Shown in pieces: positions 38,309 to 47,695 of a stretch of 64,000 nucleotides of DNA; positions within the stretch are counted from its first letter, which is position 1; every line of letters starts with the position of its first letter. The notes below the pieces were generated by a model. The model was not told the DNA's origin and made no database searches. It saw only the letters and a program-made list of their open reading frames with translations. The position numbers and the translations under genes are program-made. The stretch spans positions 16,539-80,538 of the forward strand of contig PLOH01000072.1 in assembly GCA_003142955.1 (NCBI GenBank). The letters are read 5' to 3'. Origin of the DNA: Opitutia bacterium (GTDB taxonomy: Bacteria; Verrucomicrobiota; Verrucomicrobiia; Opitutales; Opitutaceae).

Positions 38309-39444
38309 GCCACGTCTTCGGCGATTGTTATCGCGGTCAACGCGTCTTGATTACGGGCCATACGGGTTTCAAGGGCTCGTGGCTGGCCGAGTGGTTGCTG
38401 GAGCTGGGCGCCGAGGTCATCGGCTACAGCCTGCCGCCGCCGACTTCGCCGGCGTTGTTCCGCCAACTGGGCCTGGAGCGGCGCCTGCGCCACGTGCCCG
38501 GAGATGTGCGGGATCCGGCGGCGCTGGCCGGGATCGTGCGCGAGACGATGCCGGCGTACGTTTTTCACCTGGCCGCCCAGCCGATCGTGCGGACCTCCTA
38601 CGCCCAGCCGATGGAAACCTATGCGACCAACGTGATGGGGACCGTCCACCTGCTGGAGGCGGTCCGGCAGGCCGGCGGCGCCTGTGCGGTGGTCGTGGTG
38701 ACCAGCGACAAGTGCTACGAGAACCGCGAGCGCGGGCAGGCCTATCGCGAAGAGGATCCGCTCGGCGGGCACGATCCCTACAGCTCAAGCAAGGGCTGCG
38801 CCGAACTGGTCGTCAGCGCCTATCGCCGCTCCTTCTTTTCGGCCCCCGCCTCTCCTGTCCAGCTGGCCTCGGCGCGGGCGGGCAATGTCGTGGGCGGGGG
38901 CGACTGGGCGGTGGACCGCATTGTCCCCGACTGCATCCGCGCGCTGCAGCGCGGGGAGCCCATCGCCGTGCGGAACCGGAGCGCCGCGCGTCCCTGGCAA
39001 CACGTGCTTGAACCGCTCAGCGGCTACCTCTGGCTGGGCGCCTGCCTGGCCCGGCCCGAGCTCGCCCCCGGCGGATCGCGGCCGCCCGCCGCCGCCTTCA
39101 ATTTCGGTCCGCCGCTGGCCTCGATCCGCCCGGTGGAGGCCTTGGTGGAGGAGGTCCTCCGGCGCTGGCCCGGGCGATGGGAAGATCGCAGCGACTCGCG
39201 GGCGGTGCATGAAGACGCCTATCTCAGTCTGGCCGTGGACAAGGCGTACCAGGTCCTGGGCTGGCGGCCTGTCTGGGACTTTGCGGCCTCGATCCAACAA
39301 ACCGTCGACTGGTATCGCACCGCCGCGGAGGGCGAACGGGGCACGGAGTTCAACCCGCGCGCGCGGGCGTCGACCCGGGAGCAGATTGCGCGGCATCAGT
39401 CCGACGCCCTCGCGCAGGGGCGGCCGTGGATCTCGGCGGCCTGA
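38305..39444 (+). CDS. rfbG: CDP-glucose 4,6-dehydratase
   Basis: Internal ATG overlapping the rfbF stop (ATGA). VLITGHTGFKGSWLAEWL, DPYSSSKGCAE (YxxxK). Confidence 0.9.
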   Translation: MSHVFGDCYRGQRVLITGHTGFKGSWLAEWLLELGAEVIGYSLPPPTSPALFRQLGLERRLRHVPGDVRDPAALAGIVRETMPAYVFHLAAQPIVRTSYAQPMETYATNVMGTVHLLEAVRQAGGACAVVVVTSDKCYENRERGQAYREEDPLGGHDPYSSSKGCAELVVSAYRRSFFSAPASPVQLASARAGNVVGGGDWAVDRIVPDCIRALQRGEPIAVRNRSAARPWQHVLEPLSGYLWLGACLARPELAPGGSRPPAAAFNFGPPLASIRPVEALVEEVLRRWPGRWEDRSDSRAVHEDAYLSLAVDKAYQVLGWRPVWDFAASIQQTVDWYRTAAEGERGTEFNPRARASTREQIARHQSDALAQGRPWISAA

Positions 39445-39461
39445 ACCAATCCTTCTTGAAA

Positions 39462-40778
39462 ATGGACGAAAAGAAGACCCTGCGGCACGAGATCCTGGAG
39501 CTGGTGCGCCGGTACCATGCGGCGGGCGCGCCGGCCGATTTTCGGCCCGGCGAGGATTTCGTCAGGTATTCAGGCCGACACTACGATGAGCATGAATTGA
39601 TGGCGCTGGTCGACGCTTCGCTCGATTTCTGGCTCACGGCGGGACGCTATGCGGAGGAATTCGAGACCGGCTTGGGCGATTATCTGGGCCTGGACAACGT
39701 GCTGCTGGTCAATTCCGGTTCCTCGGCCAACCTGGTGGCGTTCTCCACGCTGACGTCGCCGAGGCTCAAGGACCGGCAGGTCAAGCCCGGGGATGAAGTC
39801 ATCACGGTGGCCGCGGGGTTTCCGACCACCGTCAACCCGATCGTGCAGAATCGCGCCGTCCCCGTCTTTGTTGACGTCGAGCTGGGCACCTACGTGCCGA
39901 CCCTGGACGGCATCGAGGCGGCGCTGAGCCCGCGCACCAAGGCGGTGATGATCGCGCACACGATGGGCGTGCCGTATCCGGTGCGCGAAGTCCGCGCATT
40001 CTGCGACCGGCACCGCTTGTGGCTGATCGAAGACAATTGCGACGCGTTGGGCAGCCGGTATGACGGCCGCCTTACGGCCACCTACGGCGACCTGGCCACG
40101 TTCAGCTTTTATCCCGCCCACCACCTGACCATGGGGGAGGGCGGCGCCGTGGCGACCGCTAGCGAGGAATTGGCCGGGATCGCGCGGAGCTTCCGTGATT
40201 GGGGGCGCGACTGCTACTGTGCGGGCGGAGAGAACAACACCTGCGGCAAGCGTTTTACCCAGCAGTTCGGCCGCCTTCCCCTCGGCTACGATCACAAGTA
40301 CGTCTACTCCCATATCGGCTACAATCTGAAGGTGACCGACATGCAGGCCGCGGTCGGCGTGGCCCAGCTGCGGAAGCTTGACGACTTCGTGGCGGCGCGA
40401 AAACGCAACCATGCCGTTTTGGCGGCGGGGTTGGACCGGCACGAGCGGCACCTGCTCCTGCACCGGGCGACGCCCAATTCCGATCCGTCGTGGTTCGGCT
40501 TCGTGATCACCGTGCGGCCGGAGGCGCCCTTCACCCGGGCGGAGCTGGTCCAGGCGCTCGACGCGGCGCGGATCGAGACCCGTAATCTTTTTTGCGGAAA
40601 CCTGTTGCGCCATCCGGCCTACGCGGAGATCGAGCACCGGGTGGCGGGACCGTTGACTAACAGCGACCTGATCACCACCCGCACGTTTTTCATCGGCGTC
40701 TATCCCGGCTTGACCGAGCCCATGCTCCAACACGTGCTCGCGACCGTCGACCGGTTCATGGCTGGGAAGGCGGGCTGA
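39462..40778 (+). CDS. rfbH: CDP-6-deoxy-L-threo-D-glycero-4-hexulose 3-dehydrase (E1, RfbH/DdhC)
   Basis: DegT/DnrJ/EryC1 fold. LVNSGSSANLVAF. An E1-specific Fe-S Cys pattern CYCAGGENNTC (CxCx7C). Confidence 0.88.
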   Translation: MDEKKTLRHEILELVRRYHAAGAPADFRPGEDFVRYSGRHYDEHELMALVDASLDFWLTAGRYAEEFETGLGDYLGLDNVLLVNSGSSANLVAFSTLTSPRLKDRQVKPGDEVITVAAGFPTTVNPIVQNRAVPVFVDVELGTYVPTLDGIEAALSPRTKAVMIAHTMGVPYPVREVRAFCDRHRLWLIEDNCDALGSRYDGRLTATYGDLATFSFYPAHHLTMGEGGAVATASEELAGIARSFRDWGRDCYCAGGENNTCGKRFTQQFGRLPLGYDHKYVYSHIGYNLKVTDMQAAVGVAQLRKLDDFVAARKRNHAVLAAGLDRHERHLLLHRATPNSDPSWFGFVITVRPEAPFTRAELVQALDAARIETRNLFCGNLLRHPAYAEIEHRVAGPLTNSDLITTRTFFIGVYPGLTEPMLQHVLATVDRFMAGKAG

Positions 40779-40812
40779 GCGCGCCGGCTCCCCGTTCCCC
40801 GCCTTCGCCGCA

Positions 40813-41559
40813 ATGAGCCTGCCCCGCAAGATCCGCTGTGCCGTGGAATCCGTCGTCGATCACGGCGGGCGAGTCTACAGCGTCGAATTGAAGCCTGACC
40901 GGCCGATCCCCGTGTTTCAGCCGGGACAGTTCCTGCATCTGACGGTAGACGAGTTCGACCCGGCTGGGTTCTGGCCGGAGTCGAGGGTGTTTTCCATCGC
41001 CAGCTCGCCCACAGAGCGGAACCGCCTCCGGATCTGCTATTCGGTCAAGGGACGCTATACGCAGAAAATGGAGCGGGCGATCGCCGTCGGGCGCGAGGTC
41101 TGGATCAAGCTTCCCTATGGCGATTTTGTCATCGAGCCCGACCAGGAGGTCGTCCTGGTGGCTGGCGGAACGGGCATCAGCGCGTTTGCGGCCTTCCTAG
41201 CCATGCTGACGTCCCAGCGGACGCTTCCGGTCACGCTGGTTTATGGTGCGCGCTCGCCGGACCTGCTGTTGTTCGACGAGATGATCCTGGGCCAGCACCG
41301 CCGCATCCCGGCGCTGCAGGTGGTTTTTTTCGCGGAGAACGGCGCGCCCGCGTTGGCGGCGCGGTTGGAACGGCAGTCGCGGGCACCCCAGTGTTTTCCC
41401 GGCCGGATCTCGCTGCCGGAAATCTGGCCGCTGCTGTCCGATCCGGCGAATCGTCTCTTCTATCTTGCCGGGCCTCCGGCGATGGTCGAGACACTCTGTT
41501 CCAGTCTGCGGGCCCGCGGTGCCACCCCTGACCGGATCCGCGTCGACGCCTGGGAGTAG
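40813..41559 (+). CDS. FNR-type FAD/NAD(P)H oxidoreductase, E3 (DdhD/AscD)-like but without a ferredoxin domain
   Basis: RVFSIASSP (RxYS-type FAD motif) and LVAGGTGISAF (NAD motif). 248 aa. No CX4CX2C plant-type 2Fe-2S module is visible. Confidence 0.75.
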   Translation: MSLPRKIRCAVESVVDHGGRVYSVELKPDRPIPVFQPGQFLHLTVDEFDPAGFWPESRVFSIASSPTERNRLRICYSVKGRYTQKMERAIAVGREVWIKLPYGDFVIEPDQEVVLVAGGTGISAFAAFLAMLTSQRTLPVTLVYGARSPDLLLFDEMILGQHRRIPALQVVFFAENGAPALAARLERQSRAPQCFPGRISLPEIWPLLSDPANRLFYLAGPPAMVETLCSSLRARGATPDRIRVDAWE

Positions 41560-41654
41560 TCTCATCCCGGGCGCGCCAGCTCGGCTCCGGCCCAAGAAGA
41601 ATCATTGCCAGCAATCCCCGCCCGCGAGACATTGATTGCCGTCGCTAGCCACTC

Positions 41655-42728
41655 ATGCCGCCCCTGCCGACCGAGGATCTTGATCATGTCCTGACGCACA
41701 CCCGCCCGCTTTGGGAGCAGCTGCGCGGCCATCGGTTTTTCATGACGGGCGGCACCGGCTTCTTCGGCCGGTGGCTGCTGGAAAGCCTGCTCGCGGCCAA
41801 CCGCCGACATGATCTCCGGGCCACCGCGGTGGTTCTAACGCGGGATCCTGGCGGATTCGCGGACCGCGCGCCCCATATCGCGGGAAACCCGGCCGTGCGG
41901 CTGGTCGGCGGTTCAGTGGCGGCGTTTGACCCAGTCGCGGTCGCGCGGGATTTTCCCGGCTTTGATGCCGTGATTCATTTGGCGACGGAGGCGGATCTGG
42001 CCGCCGTCCTGGCCCGTCCGCTCGATGCAATCGACGTGATTGCCGGCGGAACCCGCCGAGTGATTGACTTGGCGGCGCGGACCGGCGTGCGCCGGGTTCT
42101 GCTGGCGAGTTCCGGCTCGGTCTATGCCCGGCCGGCTACCGGCGGCGCGCCGCTGGAAGAACCGCAGTCGGCCGCGCCTGATCCGACCGATATGGACCAG
42201 GCGTATGCGATCAGCGGGGAAGCGAAGCGTCAGGCGGAAGCGCTGTGCGCCGCGTGGGGGAGGCAACACGGGACGGCCGCCCTCCTCGCGCGTTGTTTCA
42301 CCTTTGTCGGTCCGGGCATGCCGCTCGGCGGCAAGTTTGCACTTGGCAATTTCCTGGAGGACGCGATGGCGGGCCGCCCGATCGTCATCAAGGGCGACGG
42401 CACCCCGGTGCGCTCGTATCTTTACGCCGGCGATCTGACGATCTGGTTGTGGACCATCCTGGTGAACGGTGTGGCGGGACGCCCCTACAACGTCGGTTCT
42501 GAGCGCGGGATCAGCTTGCGCGACCTCGCCGAGCGCGTCGCGAGCGTGCTGGGCAGCGCCGCCGGGGTGCGCGTGATGCAGGCCGCCGATCCAGCGCGTC
42601 CGGTGGACTATTATGTGCCCTCGGTCCGGCGGGCAGGGGAGGAGCTAGGCCTGCGCGAACACATCTCACTCGATTCCGCCCTCCGCCGGACGGCAGTCTG
42701 GTTTCGTGGACATGATCGCGCCCGCTGA
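41655..42728 (+). CDS. NAD-dependent epimerase/dehydratase-family sugar reductase/epimerase
   Basis: FFMTGGTGFFGRWLLESL Rossmann motif, extended SDR length (357 aa), pathway context. Confidence 0.78.
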   Translation: MPPLPTEDLDHVLTHTRPLWEQLRGHRFFMTGGTGFFGRWLLESLLAANRRHDLRATAVVLTRDPGGFADRAPHIAGNPAVRLVGGSVAAFDPVAVARDFPGFDAVIHLATEADLAAVLARPLDAIDVIAGGTRRVIDLAARTGVRRVLLASSGSVYARPATGGAPLEEPQSAAPDPTDMDQAYAISGEAKRQAEALCAAWGRQHGTAALLARCFTFVGPGMPLGGKFALGNFLEDAMAGRPIVIKGDGTPVRSYLYAGDLTIWLWTILVNGVAGRPYNVGSERGISLRDLAERVASVLGSAAGVRVMQAADPARPVDYYVPSVRRAGEELGLREHISLDSALRRTAVWFRGHDRAR

Positions 42729-42734
42729 CCTGCC

Positions 42735-43937
42735 ATGACAAAGACCGCCCATCGGCCGTGCCCCGTGTGTGGAGGCCCGGAGGTCGCGGTGCTGCACCAT
42801 CAGCGCTTCGTTCTGCCTCAGGGGCACCCGTTGCCGTCGAGCTACGATGTGGTGGCCTGCTCCCGGTGCGATTTTGTCTTCGCCGACACGACCGGTACGG
42901 CTGCGGATTATGACCGCTACTACGCGCAGTACTCCAAATATGCCGACCAGGGCACCGCTACGGGCGGGGGCGGCGATGCCGCGGATCAGGAGCGTTTGCG
43001 GGCCATGGCCGAGGCCATCGCCGGCCGTCTGCCGGACAAACATGCGCGCATCGTCGACATCGGCTGTGCCAACGGTGGGCTGCTGGGAGCGCTGAAGGCC
43101 CGGGGGTATTCGCACCTGCTGGGCATCGACCCATCGCCCACCTGCGTGGAGAACGCCCGGCGGCTGTTTGATCTGCCCGTCAGCCAGGGCTGGCTGCTGG
43201 CGCTGCCGCCGCAAGCCGCCCCCGCGGATCTGGTGATCGTCTCGCACGTCCTGGAGCATGTGCTTGACCTGCGCCGGGCCCTCGCGCAGGTCCGCGCCGT
43301 GCTCTCCCCGCACGGGCTGGTCTACGCGGAAGTCCCGGATGCGCAACGCTACGTCGAGTGCTTGGCGGCCCCGTTCCAGGATTTCAACACCGAGCACATC
43401 AATCATTTCGGCACCGCTTCGCTCGAAAATCTGTTTTCGTCCTGCGGCCTTTTCTGCCTCGCGCTGGGGCGGAAGACGATCACGGTGGCCCAGGGCGTGC
43501 CGTATCCCGCCGTATTCGGATTCTTCGGACAGGCTTCCGCCGGCACTCCCGGACCCGCCTGGAAACGCGATCCGGCGTTCCTCCAGAACGTGGGTCGGTA
43601 CATCGTCGCCTCGCGGTCCCAGTTGGCGGGAATCGACCAGCGGCTGGCGCCCGTTCTCGGCGGGCCGGTCATTGTCTGGGGCACGGGCCAGCTGACGCTG
43701 AAACTGCTGGCAGAAACCTCGCTCGGCCGGGCGCAAATCGCGGCGTTCACCGACGCCAATCCGTTGCATCATGGGGAATGCCTGAACGGCGTGCAGATTG
43801 TCGCGCCGGAACATCTCGTCTCCCTGCCGCCCCATCCGATCGTTGTCGGCAGCCTGCTGCATCAAGCCGCCATTGTGGCGCGCATCCGGGGTCCGCTCGG
43901 CCTGCGAAACCCGCTTGTCACCCTCGAGCCGGCGTGA
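42735..43937 (+). CDS. SAM-dependent methyltransferase with N-terminal zinc ribbon and C-terminal Rossmann-like domain (NDP-hexose C-methyltransferase-like architecture)
   Basis: CPVCGG...CSRCDF, SAM motif I VDIGCANGGLLG, C-terminal VIVWGTGQLTLKLL...NGVQIV. Confidence 0.75.
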   Translation: MTKTAHRPCPVCGGPEVAVLHHQRFVLPQGHPLPSSYDVVACSRCDFVFADTTGTAADYDRYYAQYSKYADQGTATGGGGDAADQERLRAMAEAIAGRLPDKHARIVDIGCANGGLLGALKARGYSHLLGIDPSPTCVENARRLFDLPVSQGWLLALPPQAAPADLVIVSHVLEHVLDLRRALAQVRAVLSPHGLVYAEVPDAQRYVECLAAPFQDFNTEHINHFGTASLENLFSSCGLFCLALGRKTITVAQGVPYPAVFGFFGQASAGTPGPAWKRDPAFLQNVGRYIVASRSQLAGIDQRLAPVLGGPVIVWGTGQLTLKLLAETSLGRAQIAAFTDANPLHHGECLNGVQIVAPEHLVSLPPHPIVVGSLLHQAAIVARIRGPLGLRNPLVTLEPA

Positions 43938-44049
43938 CGGCAGGCTGGGTGGGCGCCATGGGCCTGGCCGCGCCGCCGGTGTTTCGGGCGGGAGGGGAGC
44001 TTGGTTTCGAACTCGTCTTGGAGGCGGTTCTCTCCTTGTCTGGAGTGGC

Positions 44050-45897
44050 ATGGCTGGAGTCATCCCCCCCTACTCCCGCAAGGCGGGATCCATCCGCGTG
44101 GCCGACTACATTTTCCGCACGCTGGCCGAGCATGGCATCCGCCACGTTTTCCTGGTCACGGGCGGCAGCGCGATGCATCTGAACGACGCGCTGGGCCGGG
44201 TCCCGGAGCTGGAGGCGGTGTGCTGCCATCATGAACAGGCCTGCGCCATCGCGGCGGAGAGCTACTTTCGCCTGACGAACCGGCTGGCGGCCGTAAACGT
44301 CACCGCCGGACCGGGCGCCACCAACGCGATCACCGGGGTCTACGGCGCATTTGTCGATTCAATGGCCATGGTGGTCATATCCGGCCAGGTGAAAGCGGAG
44401 ACGCTGGTCCGGAGCACGAATCTGCCGCTCCGCCAGCTCGGCGACCAGGAGGTGGACATCGTGCGCATGGTGGAAGGCGTCACCAAGTGCGCGGTGCTGG
44501 TCTCCGATCCCGCATCCATCCGCTATCACCTGGAGCGCTCCTTGCACCTCGCCACGCACGGTCGGCCGGGGCCGGTGTGGCTCGACATTCCGATCAATGT
44601 GCAGGCGGCGCAGATCGATCCGACGTCCCTGCGGAGCTACGATCCGGCGGAAGACGCGCTGCAATTCGAGACCTCCGGCCTGGAGGCGGTCGGTCGCCAG
44701 ATCATCGAACGGCTGGCCGCGGCGCAGCGCCCGGTGATCTACGCCGGCACGGGCATCCGCCTGTCCGGGCAGTACGCCACCTTTCTCCGGTTGCTGGACC
44801 AGCTCGGCATTCCAGTGGTCACCGCGTGGAATTCCAACGACCTGCTGCCGGACGACCATCCGGCCTATGCCGGCCGGCCCGGGACGCTGGGCGACCGGGC
44901 GGGCAATTTCGCCGTTCAGAACGCCGACGTGCTGCTCATCCTCGGCTGCCGGCTCAACCTCCGGCTGGTCAGCTATAATTGGGAGAATTTCGCCCGCGGC
45001 GCCTTCAAGATCTGGGTCGACATCGATGCGGCCGAGCTGAAGAAGCCCACCGTGCGACCCGACCTGCCGGTGCACGCCGATCTCGCCGAGGTCCTGCCGC
45101 TGCTGGTGCGGCTCAGCGAGGGCGGCGATCGCGAGCGGCACGGGCGCTGGCGCGGCTGGTGTCAGGACTGCCGGCGGCGGTACCCGGTGGTCCTGCCGGA
45201 GTACTGGCGCGACGACCGTCCGGTGAACCCCTATTGCTTTGTCGAGCGGCTGTTTGCCCAGCTTGGCGAGGATGAGGTGGTGGTGACCGGCGACGGCACG
45301 GCTTGCGTCACGACCTTCCAGGCCGGCCGGGTTCGCCGGGGGATGCGGCTGTATCACAATTCCGGATGCGCCCCGATGGGCTACGACCTGCCCGCCGCGG
45401 TAGGCGCCGCGGTGGCGCTCGGCGGGAACCGCCGGGTGATCTGCCTGGCGGGCGACGGCAGCATCATGATGAACCTGCAGGAGCTGCAGACGATAGCCGG
45501 ACGGGCCCTGCCGGTGAAGATCTTCGTCCTGAACAACCGCGGCTATCACTCGATCCGGCAGACCCAACAGAATTACTTTGCCGACAATATCGTCGGCTGC
45601 GGCACCGACTCCGGCCTCAGTTTCCCGGACTTTGCGGTGGTGGCCCGGGCCTTCGGACTGGCCAGCCGGCGGTGCGGCAGCCACGCGGAACTCGACGAGG
45701 CGATTCGGGCCACGCTGGCGGAGGTGGGACCGAGCCTGTGCGAGGTCATGCTCGACTGGCGCCAGCCCTTCGCGCCCAAGGTATCTTCCCGCCGTCTGGA
45801 GGACGGACGAATGGTCGCCGCGCCCCTGGAAGACATGGCTCCGCTTCTCAGCCGCGAAGAGCTGGCGGCGAATCTGTTCCTCCCTCCCAGGATATGA
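44050..45897 (+). CDS. thiamine-diphosphate dependent enzyme (acetolactate-synthase fold; YerE-like candidate)
   Basis: Internal ATG of ORF 43798..45897. IRVADYIFRTLAEHGIRHVFLVTGGSAMHL. ThDP motif GDGSIMMNLQELQTIAGRALPVKIFVLNNRGY. Confidence 0.85.
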   Translation: MAGVIPPYSRKAGSIRVADYIFRTLAEHGIRHVFLVTGGSAMHLNDALGRVPELEAVCCHHEQACAIAAESYFRLTNRLAAVNVTAGPGATNAITGVYGAFVDSMAMVVISGQVKAETLVRSTNLPLRQLGDQEVDIVRMVEGVTKCAVLVSDPASIRYHLERSLHLATHGRPGPVWLDIPINVQAAQIDPTSLRSYDPAEDALQFETSGLEAVGRQIIERLAAAQRPVIYAGTGIRLSGQYATFLRLLDQLGIPVVTAWNSNDLLPDDHPAYAGRPGTLGDRAGNFAVQNADVLLILGCRLNLRLVSYNWENFARGAFKIWVDIDAAELKKPTVRPDLPVHADLAEVLPLLVRLSEGGDRERHGRWRGWCQDCRRRYPVVLPEYWRDDRPVNPYCFVERLFAQLGEDEVVVTGDGTACVTTFQAGRVRRGMRLYHNSGCAPMGYDLPAAVGAAVALGGNRRVICLAGDGSIMMNLQELQTIAGRALPVKIFVLNNRGYHSIRQTQQNYFADNIVGCGTDSGLSFPDFAVVARAFGLASRRCGSHAELDEAIRATLAEVGPSLCEVMLDWRQPFAPKVSSRRLEDGRMVAAPLEDMAPLLSREELAANLFLPPRI

Positions 45898-46574
45898 AAA
45901 AGATCCCGCAACGCACCGCCTTCATCACCGGCAGCTCGCGCGGCATCGGTGCCGCCATCGCATCCGAGCTGCGCGCGCGGGGCTTCCGGCTGGTTGCGCC
46001 GTCCCGCGGCGAACTCGATCTCGAACAGCCGGCCTCGATCGAGGCGTGGCTGCGGGAGCATCCCGCGCCCGCCGTGGATGTGCTGGTCAACAACGCCGGC
46101 GTCAATTTCCTGCAGCCCCTCGCCGAGCTCGAAAGCCGGACCTGGCCGGCGATGCTCCAGACCAATGTGTCGGCGCCGCTACGCCTGATCCAGGCCTTCG
46201 TCCCGCACATGCGCCGGCAGCGCTGGGGGCGGATCCTGAACGTCAGCAGCATTCTCGGTTTCGTGGCGCGCGAGCGTCGCGCCGCCTATTCCATGACCAA
46301 GGCGGCGCTGAACGCGTTGACCCGCAGCGCGGCGGTGGAGTTCGGCCCGGAGGGCGTGCTCGTCAATGCACTCTGCCCGGGTTACGTCGAGACCGCGTTG
46401 ACCCGGCAGAACAATTCCTCGACCGAGATCGCGGCCCTGGCCGCTTCGATTCCGCTCCAACGCTTGGCCCAGCCCGAGGAACTGGCCCGGGTGGCGGCCT
46501 TTCTGTGCTCCGAGGAGAATACCTATCTGACCGGGCAGATGGTGGTGGTGGACGGGGGCTTTACCTGCCGATGA
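45894..46574 (+). CDS. classical SDR oxidoreductase (FabG-like)
   Basis: ATG at 45894 overlaps the ThDP-enzyme stop (ATGA). TGSSRGIGAAI, NNAG, YSMTKAAL. Confidence 0.88.
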   Translation: MKKIPQRTAFITGSSRGIGAAIASELRARGFRLVAPSRGELDLEQPASIEAWLREHPAPAVDVLVNNAGVNFLQPLAELESRTWPAMLQTNVSAPLRLIQAFVPHMRRQRWGRILNVSSILGFVARERRAAYSMTKAALNALTRSAAVEFGPEGVLVNALCPGYVETALTRQNNSSTEIAALAASIPLQRLAQPEELARVAAFLCSEENTYLTGQMVVVDGGFTCR

Positions 46575-47647
46575 GCGCGGTGCTGACAATCCAGAGCCGC
46601 AGCCATCCCTACACCGTCGAGACTTTTGACTCGCTCGGCGAGGCGTTGGCTGCCACCCCCGCGGCCGCGGCGGGCACGCTGTGTCTGGCCGATCGCGCGG
46701 TGCACGCCCATTATCACGTTGATTTCGAACGCTGCCTGCCGCCCGAGAGGATTTTGCTGGTCGAGGCGAGCGAGGAGGCCAAGTCGTTTGAGGCGATGGC
46801 GCCGGTGTTCACGTGGCTGCTCCGCCGTGGCTTCAAGCGCGATGGATGCCTGTTGGTTGTGGGCGGCGGAGTGCTGCAGGATATCGGCTGTTTCGCGGCG
46901 TCCGTGCTGATGCGCGGGGTGCGTTGGGAGCTCCTACCCACGACGTTGCTGGCCCAATGCGACAGTTGCATCGGCAGCAAAAGCTCCCTCAATCTCCAGT
47001 TATTCAAGAACCAGATCGGCACCTTCTATCCGCCGCACCGCGTCCTGCTGGCTCACGGGGTCTTGCGGACGCTGCCCTGGGACGAGATCCGGTCCGGGCT
47101 GGGCGAAGTGATCAAGCTCCACCTGCTGGCCGGCGAGCAGCCCTTCGCCGAGCTGATGGACAGTCTGGCCGCGCTGCCGGGCGATGATTCGATGCTGCCG
47201 CGCTGGGTACTCAGCTCCCTGCGGATCAAGCAAACCTATATCGAGCCTGACGAATTCGACCGCGGGATCCGCAACCTGCTGAACTATGGGCACACGTTCG
47301 GCCACGCCTACGAATCGGCGACGCACTATGAAATTCCCCATGGCATCGCCGTGACTCTGGGCATGCTCACGGCCACTTGGGTGTCGGTGCGCTTGGGCTT
47401 GGTGGACGCCAGCCATTATGCGGCAATGAAGGACCGCCTTCGCCCGTGGCACGAACCCTACGGATCCCGGCTGAAGTCGGTCGAGCTTTCGGCCGTCTTG
47501 GACGCGATCAAGCTCGACAAGAAAGCCACCCGGTCAGCGTTGCATTGCATCCTCACCCGCGGGATCGGCCGGATGGAGAAAATCTCCGTGGACCTGGAAA
47601 GCCAGTTGCGTCCTGCGCTCGGTGAATTAATCGCTCGCGAAATCTGA
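46571..47647 (+). CDS. 3-dehydroquinate synthase-family protein (sugar phosphate cyclase superfamily)
   Basis: ATG at 46571 overlaps the SDR stop (ATGA). VVGGGVLQDIGCFAAS, GEVIKLHLL, metal ligands LLNYGHTFGHAYE and PHGIAV. Confidence 0.82.
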   Translation: MSAVLTIQSRSHPYTVETFDSLGEALAATPAAAAGTLCLADRAVHAHYHVDFERCLPPERILLVEASEEAKSFEAMAPVFTWLLRRGFKRDGCLLVVGGGVLQDIGCFAASVLMRGVRWELLPTTLLAQCDSCIGSKSSLNLQLFKNQIGTFYPPHRVLLAHGVLRTLPWDEIRSGLGEVIKLHLLAGEQPFAELMDSLAALPGDDSMLPRWVLSSLRIKQTYIEPDEFDRGIRNLLNYGHTFGHAYESATHYEIPHGIAVTLGMLTATWVSVRLGLVDASHYAAMKDRLRPWHEPYGSRLKSVELSAVLDAIKLDKKATRSALHCILTRGIGRMEKISVDLESQLRPALGELIAREI

Positions 47648-47695
47648 ACCCGAGGAGTTTTCTCAAGATCCCCCCGCCGCCCGTCCATTCGTCTT

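Noticed and set aside
45303-46570. Long N-terminal extensions of ORFs 45303..46574 and 45578..47647
   Set aside because: The extensions overlap the ThDP-enzyme and SDR genes in other frames and are Arg/Pro/Gly-rich. The real starts are the ATGs at 45894 and 46571, which overlap the preceding stops (ATGA).
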